Shown here: piece by piece, positions 12,575-25,560 of the stretch
How positions within the stretch are numbered: position 1 is the stretch's first letter
Layout of the letters: each line of letters begins with the position of its first letter
NCBI GenBank assembly: GCA_013239625.1
Contig: MU054323.1
Span: 1,798,001-1,862,000 of the forward strand
From: Lama guanicoe
Lineage: Eukaryota
Length of the DNA: 64,000 nt
Direction: 5' to 3'
Notes under the pieces: model-generated
Database searches by the model: none
The model's input: only the letters and a program-made list of their open reading frames with translations
Told to the model about the DNA's origin: nothing
Made by a program: the position numbers and the translations under genes

Positions 12575-13640
12575 ATCTTTTATGGCTCTCCCTTTACAAT
12601 TAAGCATTTAGTTACCTTGGAACTGATTCTAGGTATAGTGTGAGGTAGGGAACCAATTTCATGAATTTTTCCATATAGGTAATCAAATACTGGGGGTAGG
12701 ATATAGGTCAAGTGGAAGAGTGCAATGGCTAGCATGCACAAGGTCCTCATGCACAATCCCCAGTACCTCCTCTAAAATAAATAAATAAATAAACCTAATT
12801 ACCTCCCCCGCCACCAAAAATTTAAAAAAGATAATCAAATACTACAACGTCTGTTATTGAATAGTCTCATTTGTCCACATATCTGCAATTCTAACATTGT
12901 CATAAGATAAGTCTGTGATCTTTTTTCTCCTGTGCCTGAACCAGTACCATTTTTTTCCCATAATTTCTACAATATTTTCCTTCTTCTTCTCTCCCCTTTC
13001 CTCATTTTTCCAAATTCCACACACAACTCTGTATGGAATGTAAATTGTCATTGCATTGAATTTTTACATGCATTTGGGGAGATTTGGCAAGTATACAATA
13101 TTAAGTCTTCTTTTCCAAGAACATTGTATCTGTAGCTCTTAATTATCTTTCATTGTTTTTTTTTTAAGTCTTTTAGTAAAATTTTATAATATTCTCCATA
13201 AGGATCCTGCATATCTTTTGTTAGATTTATTCCTGAATATTGTCAGGGTTTTTTTATTGTTATTGTTGCTATTATAAAGGTACACTTTTTAAAATTTAAA
13301 ATTTCTAGACTTTTATTGTTGACAAACAGAAATATAGTTATTTTTATACTGAATTTGTATCTTGTAAATTTGACAAACTCTCCAAATAATTCTAATTATG
13401 CATCATAGATTATCTTGCATTTTCAACATAAAAAGTTATACTCCTTACAAATAATATATTTTGTTTCTTTTTCCCTCAGTTTTTATATCTCTTCTTTCTT
13501 TTTGTTTTCTGTTTTGTTTTTTGTTAAGGTGCTAACTAAGCCTCCAGTACGATGTCGAGTAGAAGAGCTCAAAGTTTGTTCCTTGTCTCCTTTTACTGGA
13601 GTTCTGATGGAAAGGAGTTCTTTCCCTTGAAATCTCTGCT
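12575..13640 (-). mobile_element. Ancient L1 (L1M/L1ME-like) ORF2 relic
   Basis: Degenerate reverse-strand ORF2 motifs ('ggtatagtgtgaggtagggaacc', 'tcttttgttagatttattcctgaatatt', 'tttgttccttgtctcc'). Interrupted by a SINE. Confidence 0.7.
12692..12828 (+). mobile_element. vic-1-like camelid tRNA-derived SINE
   Basis: tRNA-like head 'gggggtaggatataggtcaagtggaagagtgc...aatccccagtacctcc', then (taaa)n, 'cctaattacctccccc' and an A-rich tail. 15-bp TSD aggtaatcaaatact (12677-12691) / agataatcaaatact (12829-12843). Confidence 0.85.
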
Positions 13641-15679
13641 CGTGAAACCCTCTCCCTCTTACAACCATCCTAGGATGTGTGATAACGTGCGTTTGTAAAG
13701 TAACTGCAAACCAGCCAAGGTATGCTTTTACTTCTGAACTCATGGTAGATCTGTTTCATTTAACTTAAATAGAGGTTTAAATTTGAATAATTGAGAAACA
13801 TCTTTTATCAAAGATGACAGTAATGTTGAAAGCAGTCATTCTACTGTACGTCTACATAACACTTAGAGAGGAAAATCCTTTCTGTGGGACCCCAAGGTCA
13901 CTAACCTAGAAACATTTCATGTCCCTCCCTTGAAGGACTGCAGGGTGTATCTGCTCTACAGCACAGACAGGGATCAAAGCTCAACACTTCTGAGAGTTTC
14001 TTTTAAAAAAAAAAAAAAGCATATCAGGAAAAACCTGAATTAACAGCGTGTCAGTGGTAAAGGTCTCACATAATCCTTAATTCTGTGGCAACCCATGTTC
14101 TCCATAGAATGCACAGGCATCGTAGGTAACAGCTACAGAAGTAAGAGTGTGGGGTTGCTTCTTACAGCCGGACACCTGGGCCCTCCGTGGCTGAGTCTGG
14201 CCCAGCCGTGAGCTTGCCTCTGCAATCGGACAGATGTTGACCTGCTTCCAAATCACACAGTCGTGCAGCCCAACTTTTTCTCGGATGCCATCAACCCGCT
14301 CCTAGGTCAGTGCCTCTCAAAGTGCTTATTATTGGTCTACAACGAGACAAGTATGGAAAGTGAGAGCAAGGATTCAGGACCCTTTGTAAGCAAATTGACA
14401 TTGCTTTGGCATTTCTGCCTATCAGTCCACAATGGGTCAGACACTTTTTAAATGGTCCTTCACTGCAGAGAGTGTCTCTGCTATTTAGCCCATTGTTTCG
14501 TTGGAAGATTCAAGGAGAAAAGACCACCTTGATCTTTTTTTACTGCTCTTCTGCCTGTAGCACTGACTGAAGGATTCCTCCTTGAAGGCGCAACCTCAGC
14601 TTCATTTTCACAGGGCTGTTCTCTGACCGCCCCCTCCAGGTCAGACTTACCTGCCCTTTCCTTGGGCTCCCACACTCCTTATAACTTTATTTACTGTTGC
14701 CCCACCCTTCTTCGCAGAGGCAGTTGTCTGTGTATCTGTCTTCATGCCACCCCAGGCTGTGAGCCCCCAAGGGTAAGATTCATGTTTTGTTCCCACCCAT
14801 CAGAGAGCCTGTATCTTTGGCCTCTCCATCTTGAGCACTGTCCTTTGTGTCTCCGTCTGTGCCAGACACATGGAAGGTACTGAGCAAATCTTTTGCAGAA
14901 TAAGTGTGTAGCTTCATTATATTCATTTACTCATCCGGTAGTTACTTGTGGCTGCTGCCTGTGTTAGGAACTGCAGTACAAGCTGGTGAACAAGTGACCA
15001 AGGCCTGCTAAGTTTCTGTCTTCATGCAGTTTCCTCTCTAGACGTGGGAATGGATCAATGATTAGGTCAGTGTTCAAGGAATTTTTAAAGAAACACAAGG
15101 CTCCATGAGTGGTTAATGTGACCCCTCTCTCTTTATCAACTCGAGACAGCCTTCCCTTGGCTTGGCAAGAAATAAACCAAGGACAGTCAGTCTGGCTTCA
15201 AAAGAATCAGACAGAGAAGCTGCACTGAAAGGGCTTCAGGAATCAGCCCCAGCCCAGGTCATTCATTTCAGGGCCCAGTCGTGATGTTAGAAATACTGCC
15301 TAGTAATCTTGTCACGCTGACAATGCTGTTTAGGGACCCTCTTATCACCATGTCTCAGCCTCATGGTGAGAACTTACAGATCGTGCTGCAGAGAAGCATC
15401 ATTTAAAACCCCCAAACGGGGGAAGGCATAGAAACAATTGCTTACTCCAAAATACCAGGGCCTCTATTTTGGATGTAATACTGTCACTGCCAAGTGGAGA
15501 GTCCAAGATACCCAAAATAGAACTATTATTTCAAAATGTTTCAAAGCAATGGGCTAAATTTGTCTGAGAAATAGCTTCTGTAATCAAGAGCAGTGGTTTT
15601 CAGACTTCACTTTTTCGTAAGGCATGGTACCTTTCATGGGAACAAAACCTTATGTAAAATCTACTGTTATAAGTCAGAT

Positions 15680-17080
15680 TCATTTATTCATTCAAAAGGT
15701 ATTACAAATTCCAGACACTGTACTAGGTACATTTTTTCACTTGTAGTAAACAAAAGAGACAAGAGTCTGGTTTCCAAAGAGTTTACATTCAAGTGCAAGG
15801 GGAAGACAACAAATACAACAGAAAAAAGCCACCTGCCACGGAGAGAATAAAGGTAAGGAAGGGGGTTAGGAAATGCCAAGATGGGTGTTATAGGTAGGGT
15901 GGTTAGGAAATGCCTTTTTGAGGAGTTAACATTTGAAAACACCTAGTGCCAGTGAGGGAAGGAGGCTTCAGAATATCAGGGGGAAGAGCATTTCAAGCAA
16001 GACAGCAAGTGCAAAGGTCCTGAGGTAGGTGTGTACATGCAGAGTTTCTGGAATGGCAGGGAGCTCGTGAGGTCTGTAGACACAGGGAATAAGGGGCAAA
16101 TGAGTCTGGACAGGTGGTGAGAAGTATGAAGAATGGGCAGATTATGATGAGAAGCTTTGTTTGTTTTTTTCTTTGTTTTCTGAATCTTGAGTGAAACACA
16201 CAGCTGTTGAATTTTGAGCAGAGGAGTGACATCATTTGGCTTACATTTTAAACTGTGCCTCAGGAAGCAGCACAACTAGGTAACTGTAATGACGGGAAGG
16301 AAAGCAGAGATATGGGTACAAATGAAGATGTGATGATGGAAGCCTGTGAAATATCTCTTCTGATTGCTTTTCTTTCCTCAGTGAATTAAGAAGCAGAGTA
16401 ATCAGCCAAAAGCTAGCAAGGGAGGGGAATGGTTAGTTAGAAGCGTTCAAGGAGATGGCAAGGCAGAAAATAGCATTTGGCAGAATGGGAGAGTGAATAA
16501 ACTCAGAAAATGAGAACTGCCGGGCACCACGAAGTCCTGGTCAGGAATTTCAAGGAAGACCAGCCAGAAGGATTGTGTACTATTCTCCAGCGACAGTTTG
16601 GATTTGGTTGATACCCACTCGGTCCATCCGCTGTAGCACAGTCCCAGGAGGAAGGGGATGGAGGGCCTAGCTTCCCCTCAGTTACAGCGGGAAGAGGTGG
16701 ACCAAATGAGAAGGAAGGGGCAGGGAGAAATCATACTGATGAACCAGACTAACCCATTCTGGGTGTAGAGGGAAGGAAACTGAGCAAGGAAAAGATCAAA
16801 ATACTTGAGGTCCTGGTGGGGGTCACAGAATTATGGGGATAGATACTAGAGTGAGATAGAAAGATATGCACAAGGACCACAGGTAGTGTGTCTGAAATTA
16901 AGACCAGGGGAGGGACCAGTGCCTTTAGTGTTACACAGACTAATGTAAGGCCATGGGAGGGGGCTAAGGGGCTTGAGGGCAGATCATAGGCAGAGACAAC
17001 GTCAAGTCACTGAAAGGTCCGAGGGTTCTATGTATGACTTGGGCGGGTTGGTGAGTAAGATAATGTTACCGTGGGAGCTG
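15680..17080 (-). mobile_element. L2 LINE relic (3' end plus part of ORF2)
   Basis: 'ttcatttattcattcaaaag', 'agcaagtgcaaaggtcctgaggtagg' and 'ttttgagcagaggagtgacatcat' are reverse-strand L2 signatures. Confidence 0.75.
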
Positions 17081-20000
17081 GTGTGCCAGGTGAGAGCATT
17101 TTAGGGAGGAGACAAGGACAATGGCTGGCCTGGAAAACCACATCGGTTCTCACTACTTTTCCTAAAGTAGCCACCACCATGAAAGATTCAGGGTTTACAC
17201 AGAGGACAGGAATATTTCAGATTGATGGAGAAGAAAACTTTGAAGCAAGAGTTTTAAATAAACATTTTGGACAAATGCAACACCCCCTCCAGTTTCTCTT
17301 GTCCATTGGTTTGTGTTTCCCTGTCCTCTGCAGTAGTCCTTTGTCTCTGTGTCTACTTAGCACTCCAGCACCCAACCTTTGCAGCCGTTTACACACAGCT
17401 TTAAATAAACACCCACTCCTGGTCAGGGGTCAGCATATCTTCTCACCCACTCTCCACCAGCTGCTGTTCCATCTTCTGTGGAGCCCCCATCTTTATCTGT
17501 GTTCCAGCCCGTTACCAATCTTTGGACCCTTGATTTAGGGACTTGCTTAAACTCCTTCTCTGCCTAACTGGACCCAATCTCTTGCTCCCCTCTCAACTCT
17601 GAATGCTCATCTGGTCTTTAGGACATTCCCAGTTTTGACTTCATCCATCAGCCATAAGCATCTTATTAGGAAGAAGGAAGATGATGAGTCCTGTTGCCCC
17701 TCCCCACCCCAGGTAATATGATGACGTTTGAGATGGGGAAAAGGACTGAATAACTGAAACCTGATAGAAATATTACAAATACATAACATCAGGTATATAT
17801 GTTATGAAACATCAGCCATGGGTCCATTTGTTTCATGACAATGCAAAAGTGTCACATCCTTCATCAAGATAGATGATCAAAGACATGGAAAAAAATGAGT
17901 ATCAACTCATGGAGGAACCGTGGCTACTGTATCCAGATTATTATTTTTTTCCCCCAACTAACTTTGACAAGTAGTATCTCTATCTTAGCCAAATGTACCT
18001 CATCTCCCTACACCCTAGTCACTCACCAAGGAAGTGAAATTTGGAGACAGTACCTCCCCTCTCCCATTTCTTTTTTTTAAATTGAAATATAGTCAATGTA
18101 CAATGTTGTGTCAGTTTCTGGTGTACAGCATAATGTTTCAACCATATCCATTCCTTTCAAATTCTTCCTTCCAAGACCCCAGTCAGGCTTCAAGTCCTTC
18201 AGAAAGCCTTTTTACAATAGCCAAGACATGGAAGCAACCTAAATGTTCATCAACAGATGATTGGATAAAGATGTGGTATATATGTATATGTGTATATATA
18301 TTATATATATGTATACACACACATATACACAATGGAATACTACTTAGCCATAAAAAAGACTAAAGTAATCCCATTTGCAGCAACATGGATGGACCTGAAG
18401 ATTATCATACTAAGTGAAGTAAGCCAGAAAGAGAAAGAAAAATACTGCATGACATCACTTATATGTGGAATCTAAAAAAATGACACAAGTGGAATTATTT
18501 ACAAAACAGAAACAGACTCACAGACATAGAAAACAAACTTGTGGTTGCCAGGGGTGAAATGGGGGATGAAGGAATAAATCAAGAATTTAGGATTTGCAGA
18601 TACTGGCTACTATATATAAAATAGATAAACAGCAAGATCCTATTGTATAGCACAGGGAACTATAGTCAATACCTTGTAATAGCCTATAATGAAAAAGAAT
18701 ATGAAAAGTATATATACATATATATACACGAAGTCCTGGTCAGGAATTTCAAGGAAGACCAGCCAGAAGGATTGTGTACTATTCTCCAGCGACAGTTTGG
18801 ATTTGGTTGATACCCACTCGGTCCATCCGCTGTAGCACAGTCCCAGGAGGAAGGGGATGGAGGGCCTGGCTTCCCCTCAGTTACAGCGGGAAGAGGTGGA
18901 CCAAATGAGAAGGAAGGGGCAGGGAGAAATCATACTGATGAACCAGACTAACCCATTCTGGGTGTAGAGGGAAGGAAACTGAGCAAGGAAAAGATCAAAA
19001 TACTTGAGGTCCTGGTGGGGGTCACAGAATTATGGGGATAGATACTAGAGTGAGATAGAAAGATATGCACAAGGACCACAGGTAGTGTGTCTGAAATTAA
19101 GACCAGGGGAGGGACCAGTGCCTTTAGTGTTACACAGACTAATGTAAGGCCATGGGAGGGGGCTAAGGGGCTTGAGGGCAGATCATAGGCAGAGACAACG
19201 TCAAGTCACTGAAAGGTCGGAGGGTTCTATGTATGACTTGGGCGGGTTGGTGAGTAAGATAATGTTACCGTGGGAGCTGGTGTGCCAGGTGAGAGCATTT
19301 TAGGGAGGAGACAAGGACAATGGCTGGCCTGGAAAACCACATCGGTTCTCACTACTTTTCCTAAAGTAGCCACCACCATGAAAGATTCAGGGTTTACACA
19401 GAGGACAGGAATATTTCAGATTGATGGAGAAGAAAACTTTGAAGCAAGAGTTTTAAATAAACATTTTGGACAAATGCAACACCCCCTCCAGTTTCTCTTG
19501 TCCATTGGTTTGTGTTTCCCTGTCCTCTGCAGTAGTCCTTTGTCTCTGTGTCTACTTAGCACTCCAGCACCCAACCTTTGCAGCCGTTTACACACAGCTT
19601 TAAATAAACACCCACTCCTGGTCAGGGGTCAGCATATCTTCTCACCCACTCTCCACCAGCTGCTGTTCCATCTTCTGTGGAGCCCCCATCTTTATCTGTG
19701 TTCCAGCCCATTACCAATCTTTGGACCCTTGATTTAGGGACTTGCTTAAACTCCTTCTCTGCCTAACTGGACCCAATCTCTTGCTCCCCTCTCAACTCTG
19801 AATGCTCATCTGGTCTTTAGGACATTCCCAGTTTTGACTTCATCCATCAGCCATAAGCATCTTATTAGGAAGAAGGAAGATGATGAGTCCTGTTGCCCCT
19901 CCCCACCCCAGGTAATATGATGACGTTTGAGATGGGGAAAAGGACTGAATAACTGAAACCTGATAGAAATATTACAAATACATAACATCAGGTATATATG

Positions 20001-20906
20001 TTATGAAACATCAGCCATGGGTCCATTTGTTTCATGACAATGCAAAAGTGTCACATCCTTCATCAAGATAGATGATCAAAGACATGGAAAAAAATGAGTA
20101 TCAACTCATGGAGGAACCGTGGCTACTGTATCCAGATTATTATTTTTTTCCCCCAACTAACTTTGACAAGTAGTATCTCTATCTTAGCCAAATGTACCTC
20201 ATCTCCCTACACCCTAGTCACTCACCAAGGAAGTGAAATTTGGAGACAGTACCTCCCCTCTCCCATTTCTTTTTTTTAAATTGAAATATAGTCAATGTAC
20301 AATGTTGTGTCAGTTTCTGGTGTACAGCATAATGTTTCAACCATATCCATTCCTTTCAAATTCTTCCTTCCAAGACCCCAGTCAGGCTTCAAGTCCTTCA
20401 GAAAGCCTTTTTACAATAGCCAAGACATGGAAGCAACCTAAATGTTCATCAACAGATGATTGGATAAAGATGTGGTATATATGTATATGTGTATATATAT
20501 TATATATATGTATACACACACATATACACAATGGAATACTACTTAGCCATAAAAAAGACTAAAGTAATCCCATTTGCAGCAACATGGATGGACCTGAAGA
20601 TTATCATACTAAGTGAAGTAAGCCAGAAAGAGAAAGAAAAATACTGCATGACATCACTTATATGTGGAATCTAAAAAAATGACACAAGTGGAATTATTTA
20701 CAAAACAGAAACAGACTCACAGACATAGAAAACAAACTTGTGGTTGCCAGGGGTGAAATGGGGGATGAAGGAATAAATCAAGAATTTAGGATTTGCAGAT
20801 ACTGGCTACTATATATAAAATAGATAAACAGCAAGATCCTATTGTATAGCACAGGGAACTATAGTCAATACCTTGTAATAGCCTATAATGAAAAAGAATA
20901 TGAAAA

Positions 20907-20925
<19 letters not shown>
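16528..20925 (+). repeat. Direct tandem duplication, 2 x 2199 bp (16528-18726 and 18727-20925)
   Basis: Both units start cacgaagtcctggtcaggaattt and five ORFs recur at exactly +2199. By eye I found only three substitutions (A16669/G18868, C17020/G19219, G17511/A19710). Confidence 0.98.
18210..18726 (+). mobile_element. L1 ORF2 C-terminus and 3'UTR fragment, cut by the duplication junction
   Basis: Translations LFTIAKTWKQPKCSSTDDWIK and MEYYLAIKK..PFAATWMDLKIIILSEVSQKEKEKY match the L1 ORF2p C-terminus. The last approximately 140 bp and the tail are missing. Confidence 0.92.
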
Positions 20926-20947
<22 letters not shown>

Positions 20948-21075
20948 CACACATATATATAAATGTTATATATATAAATGTATAACTAAATCACTATGCT
21001 GTACATCAGAAATTAACACATTATAAACCAACTGTACTTCAATTAAAAAATAAATAAAAATTAAAATTAAAGCAA
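20409..21075 (+). mobile_element. 5'-truncated L1 with complete 3'UTR and A-rich tail
   Basis: Same ORF2 C-terminal peptides, continuing through 'gctgtacatcagaaattaacacattataaaccaactgtacttcaattaaaaaataaat'. Confidence 0.93.
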
Positions 21076-21891
21076 ACAAAGAACCTAGCTGACTTCTAAG
21101 CATTAAAAAAAAAAAAAAGGAAATTCTCTCCTTTTGCTTAACACCTACTTGCACAGGGCCATGTGAGTGAATGGGCTTTTCTAATTCATATATTGTCCCC
21201 TGGGTTTTCTGATTGCCTTAGATACAGTACAAGCCCTAGTGGAGGGACCAGCATCTGCGAGCACCCAGAGCCTCATTGGTGCTTATCTGTTGGCCTCGTC
21301 TGTTTCCCCACCACGTGGCTGGTGCCCAGATCCTGAAGCCTCATGAGCAGCACAGTTTATCTTCTACTGAGGCAGGAAGTGATTGAAGAAGCTTGCCTGG
21401 CTCCAGCTCTTTGCTCCACTGCTTACCTACCATGGTCCCCTGGTCTTGTACTTAATATAATTGTGCATCGTTTTCTTAGCTGCAAAATTGGGGTGATGAC
21501 AGTACCCACCTAACAGAGTGGTAGTAATGATTAAATTAGAAAATATGTGTAATGTGCTTTGAGTAGTGTCTGTAATAAAATAAACACTCAACATATGTCT
21601 GCTACTGTGATTATTTGCTTATTTTGTTCCCTGTGGTCTTCATTCTACTTCCTTCAGCAGGTCAAATGGCTTGTAAGTGTTCCTATCTGCAGTGGTAATG
21701 TTCTTTGTTGCCATTGTGCCTACTCCTGTCATCAATTCAAGCTGCTCAGAGCTCAGTCATGCCCCTGGCTTCACTGTTGGGATTTAAATAGTTCCTTGGA
21801 TGTCCTGGGCAATAGTTATAATCTTTATAGCAGCCCTTTTCAGTTTATAAAGAGACTTCATAGCATTATTCCCTTGAACATCTCTCAGCAC

Positions 21892-22025
21892 CAGGGCTGC
21901 CACATACAGTTGTGGAGGTTGTGTACTGCTCAACTCCAGCAGGCACCATTCACACTATGGTCTATGTGAATGGCGCCCCCTAGAGCTCTGCACTGCATTG
22001 CTTTCCACGGCCACATGGTGCTGAA
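21892..22025. mobile_element. MER91-like hAT-Tip100 palindromic MITE
   Basis: 'cagggctgccacatacagttgtggaggttgtgtactg...ccattcaca-ctatggtcta-tgtgaatggcgccccctagag' with an internal inverted repeat. Confidence 0.7.
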
Positions 22026-24520
22026 CCTGCTCATGGCTGTCCTGTGAGGTTACTGTTATTATTCTCATTTTAAAAATAAGAAAATTGAGGCTTAAAGGGA
22101 TTTTTAAAAATCTAAAATACAAAGAAAGAGGTTTTACAATAAGTTTCATGCCTAATTCTCATAGTCTGTGTATTTTGTCAGTTGCCAGGAAATTACCCAG
22201 GAGAGAAGCAAACAATCAATTTCAAACTGTTTGCCTTTATTGCATCTTCTTCTCCACCTCCACACTGAGAAATGAAAAATCCAATAACTAATAAAGAGTA
22301 CAGTCAAGTCCTTTCCCTTTGTTGAAAGGATTTAATCATTGGGGTGAACTCCACAAATATTTGTGCAGTAGATGAGGGAGTGAGTCAGCGAATGTGCTTC
22401 CTTGCGCCAAGGCTCCTTGGAGTTTCCTGCATGGCCTTTGGGTGATAAGGCAGCTCTGCCCTGGGTGGGTCTGTCGGTTGGGAGGAATGCTTCACCTCTG
22501 GGCTCACCAGGCTCCTACGAATGAATGCACACCTTGATGACAGCGACTGCACGTGCCGCCTGTCTATCTACTTGTCTACAGGACTCATTGGGACATCGAC
22601 TGAGACCCAGCCAATCCACCAGGTATCTTTTTTTTTTCCCAAGAGAAAGGCTGTCAAAATACAAAGAAGTTATTTTCAGTACCCACAGCTTTATATGATT
22701 CTCCCCGCCTCTTGCAGTTTGCCTTTGAGTGGGGTCCAGCAGGGTCTTGGCCATAGGAACTCTTTCTTATCTTTCCCTGGCATCTGGCTGGCAGTGGAGT
22801 CCCTCCCATCCAGCCCTCAGAGTGTCTGCCGCAGGGCATTCTGTATTCCATGACCTTTGTCAAACCTTAACTGCTTGGAGGGGGTGGAAAGCAAGTTTTG
22901 TGTTTTTTTTAAAGTAAAGCCTCAAAGCTCTCTCTGTATTCTACAATCGCTCCCAAACCATAATCTGACCCCTCTTTCCAGCCTGCCTTCACTCTCCCAT
23001 AAACTCCTGCTGCATCAGACTGGCGGCAACTCTCAGCCTTCCCGCCTCTGTTCTCCTTCTGCTGTTTGACCTGCTTGTGGTACCCAGCTTTCTCTGCCTG
23101 GGCAGAGCTCTTCCCTCCTGCAAGGGCCCTTTTCCCCATGCTTGGTTTGGTCAGCACCAACTGTTCCTTACTCTTTATGTGGATTTCATTCCAATTTAGA
23201 AAACACCTATTTTATAACTATTCCATTCTGCAGCTTATTAGAGTCAATCATCTTCTATGTGTCTCTTTGTCAGCGTTCTGTGGAGTGCTCCTGAGTCACT
23301 CTCTGTGTTTGAGTCTTTCTTCTCCACTAGTCTGCAAGTTTCTTGAGAGCAAGAACCCTTATTTATCCATCTCTGATTCCTCCATGGGGGTCAGGCCAGA
23401 CCTGCACTATGGCTTACCAAACTCAACTAAATTTCTAAACAATCGAAACAAAGATCTTCTGATGACAGGTGAGGTAACTGTATGCATTTATGGGCTGGCT
23501 ATTGCCAGGAGACACTGAGGCAATCGCTTCCAGTGTTGCTGTTTGGAATTGAAGCTGAAGGCAGCTGGATGCTGGAGAAGCCCTCTCTGACAATTAGACT
23601 GGCCAGCAACCGGATCCAGCAATGGCAGGTGGGAAGTCTCATCAGCTCTTACCCCATGTCTCAGTCTGGCTTTGTTCCCAGGATAATGCCTGAGCCGTGG
23701 TGATACTGGGAAGCCCATAAATTAAGAAAGTGATCTCCAATTCAGGACAGAGTGGGAGGGAAGCCATATATTCCACCAGCTCCTGGGTTGAGTTGATGCT
23801 GCAGGTTGAGTAGGATTCATGTGATCCACAGGGTACAGAGAGGGACAAGGCAGATTTTGCCTACTGTGGAAGGTTCCAGAGAGGCCACATGCTCCACTGT
23901 CACTTAGGTGACTATTTCACTCAGTGACACAGCTCTCAGACAGTTGCTTTGCAGCCTTTCCTTTGAAAAAGACTGAGTAAGAGCCAATTCGCCTGAGGTC
24001 CTCTAGCTTTCTTGCTCCTGGCCCTCTCTCCTCCCTTCAGTTGTCAGAGTCTTCATTCTCTTTCTTTATTCCAGGAAAATGCTCTCAGGCCCCTCAATTA
24101 CCAATAGGGATTCAAAAAAAAAGAGCCCTTCCAGGGGGTTTGCACTTTGGATTCTAAACATCAGCCATCAGAGAAAGGAAGAGTCTCCTGACATTTCTGG
24201 TGCCCTTGAGGTACACCATGGACTGACCTCCTCTTCCATCTAACGCATATGTAGGCATCTACCACAGTTTTTGACACGTTGTGAAGGTTCAATAAATGTT
24301 TGTGGAACTCAGCTCTTCAGCTGTATGAAAACAAACCTGATCAATAAGGTTTGGGGTAAAATCTACCATTATTATAGTATTATCAAGAATTAAGAAGCAA
24401 CAGGAAAAAAAAAAGTACTCTCTGGCCCAACAGTTAGACCAACTGACAAGACAGGTAGAGAGGAAGGAATAACGGAAATAATATTAACAATAGCAGTAGT
24501 AGTAATAGTTGCTCCCATTT

Positions 24521-25359
24521 TTTATTTGAAGTATAGTTGGTTTACAATGTTGGGTTACTTTCCAGTGTACAGCATAGTGGTTCAGTTATACATATGTGTA
24601 TATAATCATTTCCATATTCTTTTTTATTATAAGCTATTACAAAGTATTGAATATAGTTCCCTGTGCTATACAGTAGGAGCTTGTTGTCTATTTTATATAT
24701 AGTAGTTAGTATCTGCAAATCCCAGACTCCTAATCTATCCCTCCCTACCCCCATCCCTCCTCGTAACTGTTAAGTTTTTTCTGTATGTCTATGAGTCTGT
24801 TTCTGTTTTGTAAAAAAGTTCACTTGTGTCATTTTTTTAGATTCCACATATAAATGATACCATGTGGTACTTTTCTTTCTCTTTCTGGCTTGGTATGACA
24901 ATCTCCAGGTCTATCCATGTTGCTGAAAATGGTATTATTTTATTCTTTCTTATGGCTGAGTAATATTCTGTTGTATCCATACACCCGACTTCTTTATCCA
25001 ATCATCTATCGATGGACATTTAGGTTGCTTCCATGACTTTGTTATTGTAAACAGTACTTCAATGAACATTAGAGTGCATGTGTCTTTTCAAATTAGAATC
25101 TCCTCTAGATAAATGCCCAGGAGTGGGATTGCTGAATCATCAGGTAAGCCTATTTTTAGTTTTTAAGGAATCTCCATACTGTTTTCTATAATGGCTGCAC
25201 CAAACTACATTCCCACAACAGTGCGGGAGGGTTCCCTTTTCTCTACACCCTCTCCAGCATTTATGGTTTGTGGACTTTTTAATCATGGCCATTCTCACTG
25301 GTGTGAGGTGATACCTCATTGTGCTTTGATTTGCATTTCTCTGATAATTAGTGATATTG
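24521..25359 (-). mobile_element. 5'-truncated L1 (ORF2 C-terminus plus 3'UTR) inserted at the edge of a MIR
   Basis: Minus-strand peptide [26 protein letters not shown] is the L1 ORF2p Cys-rich region. TSD agttgctcccattt (24507-24520) / agtagttcccattt (25360-25373). Confidence 0.93.
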
Positions 25360-25560
25360 AGTAGTTCCCATTTCTTTGAGCAGATACTATGTGCCAGGAA
25401 TTTGACATACTTTTTCACATTTGCTTCTTACATTTATTTCTCACAACAACGCTGTGTGATGCCCGTGTTACAAACGAAGGAAATGAAGCTAAGTTTGAGT
25501 AACTTGTCTAAAGACACACAAATAGTAAATGATGGAACCAAGATTTCAAGTATAGTCTGT
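25360..25560 (-). mobile_element. MIR SINE relic
   Basis: 'gagcagatactatgtgccagg...tcacaacaacgctgtg...gagtaacttgtctaaagacacacaaatagtaaatgatggaacc'. Confidence 0.7.

Noticed and set aside
12692..12770. tRNA gene
   Set aside because: The B box/T-arm is destroyed, and the sequence has a SINE tail and TSDs.
17071..19737. Identical 155-aa ORF present twice (17071-17538 and 19270-19737), suggesting a duplicated gene
   Set aside because: It has a non-ATG (GTG) start and no recognisable domain or splice structure. The identity simply reflects the 2199-bp duplication.
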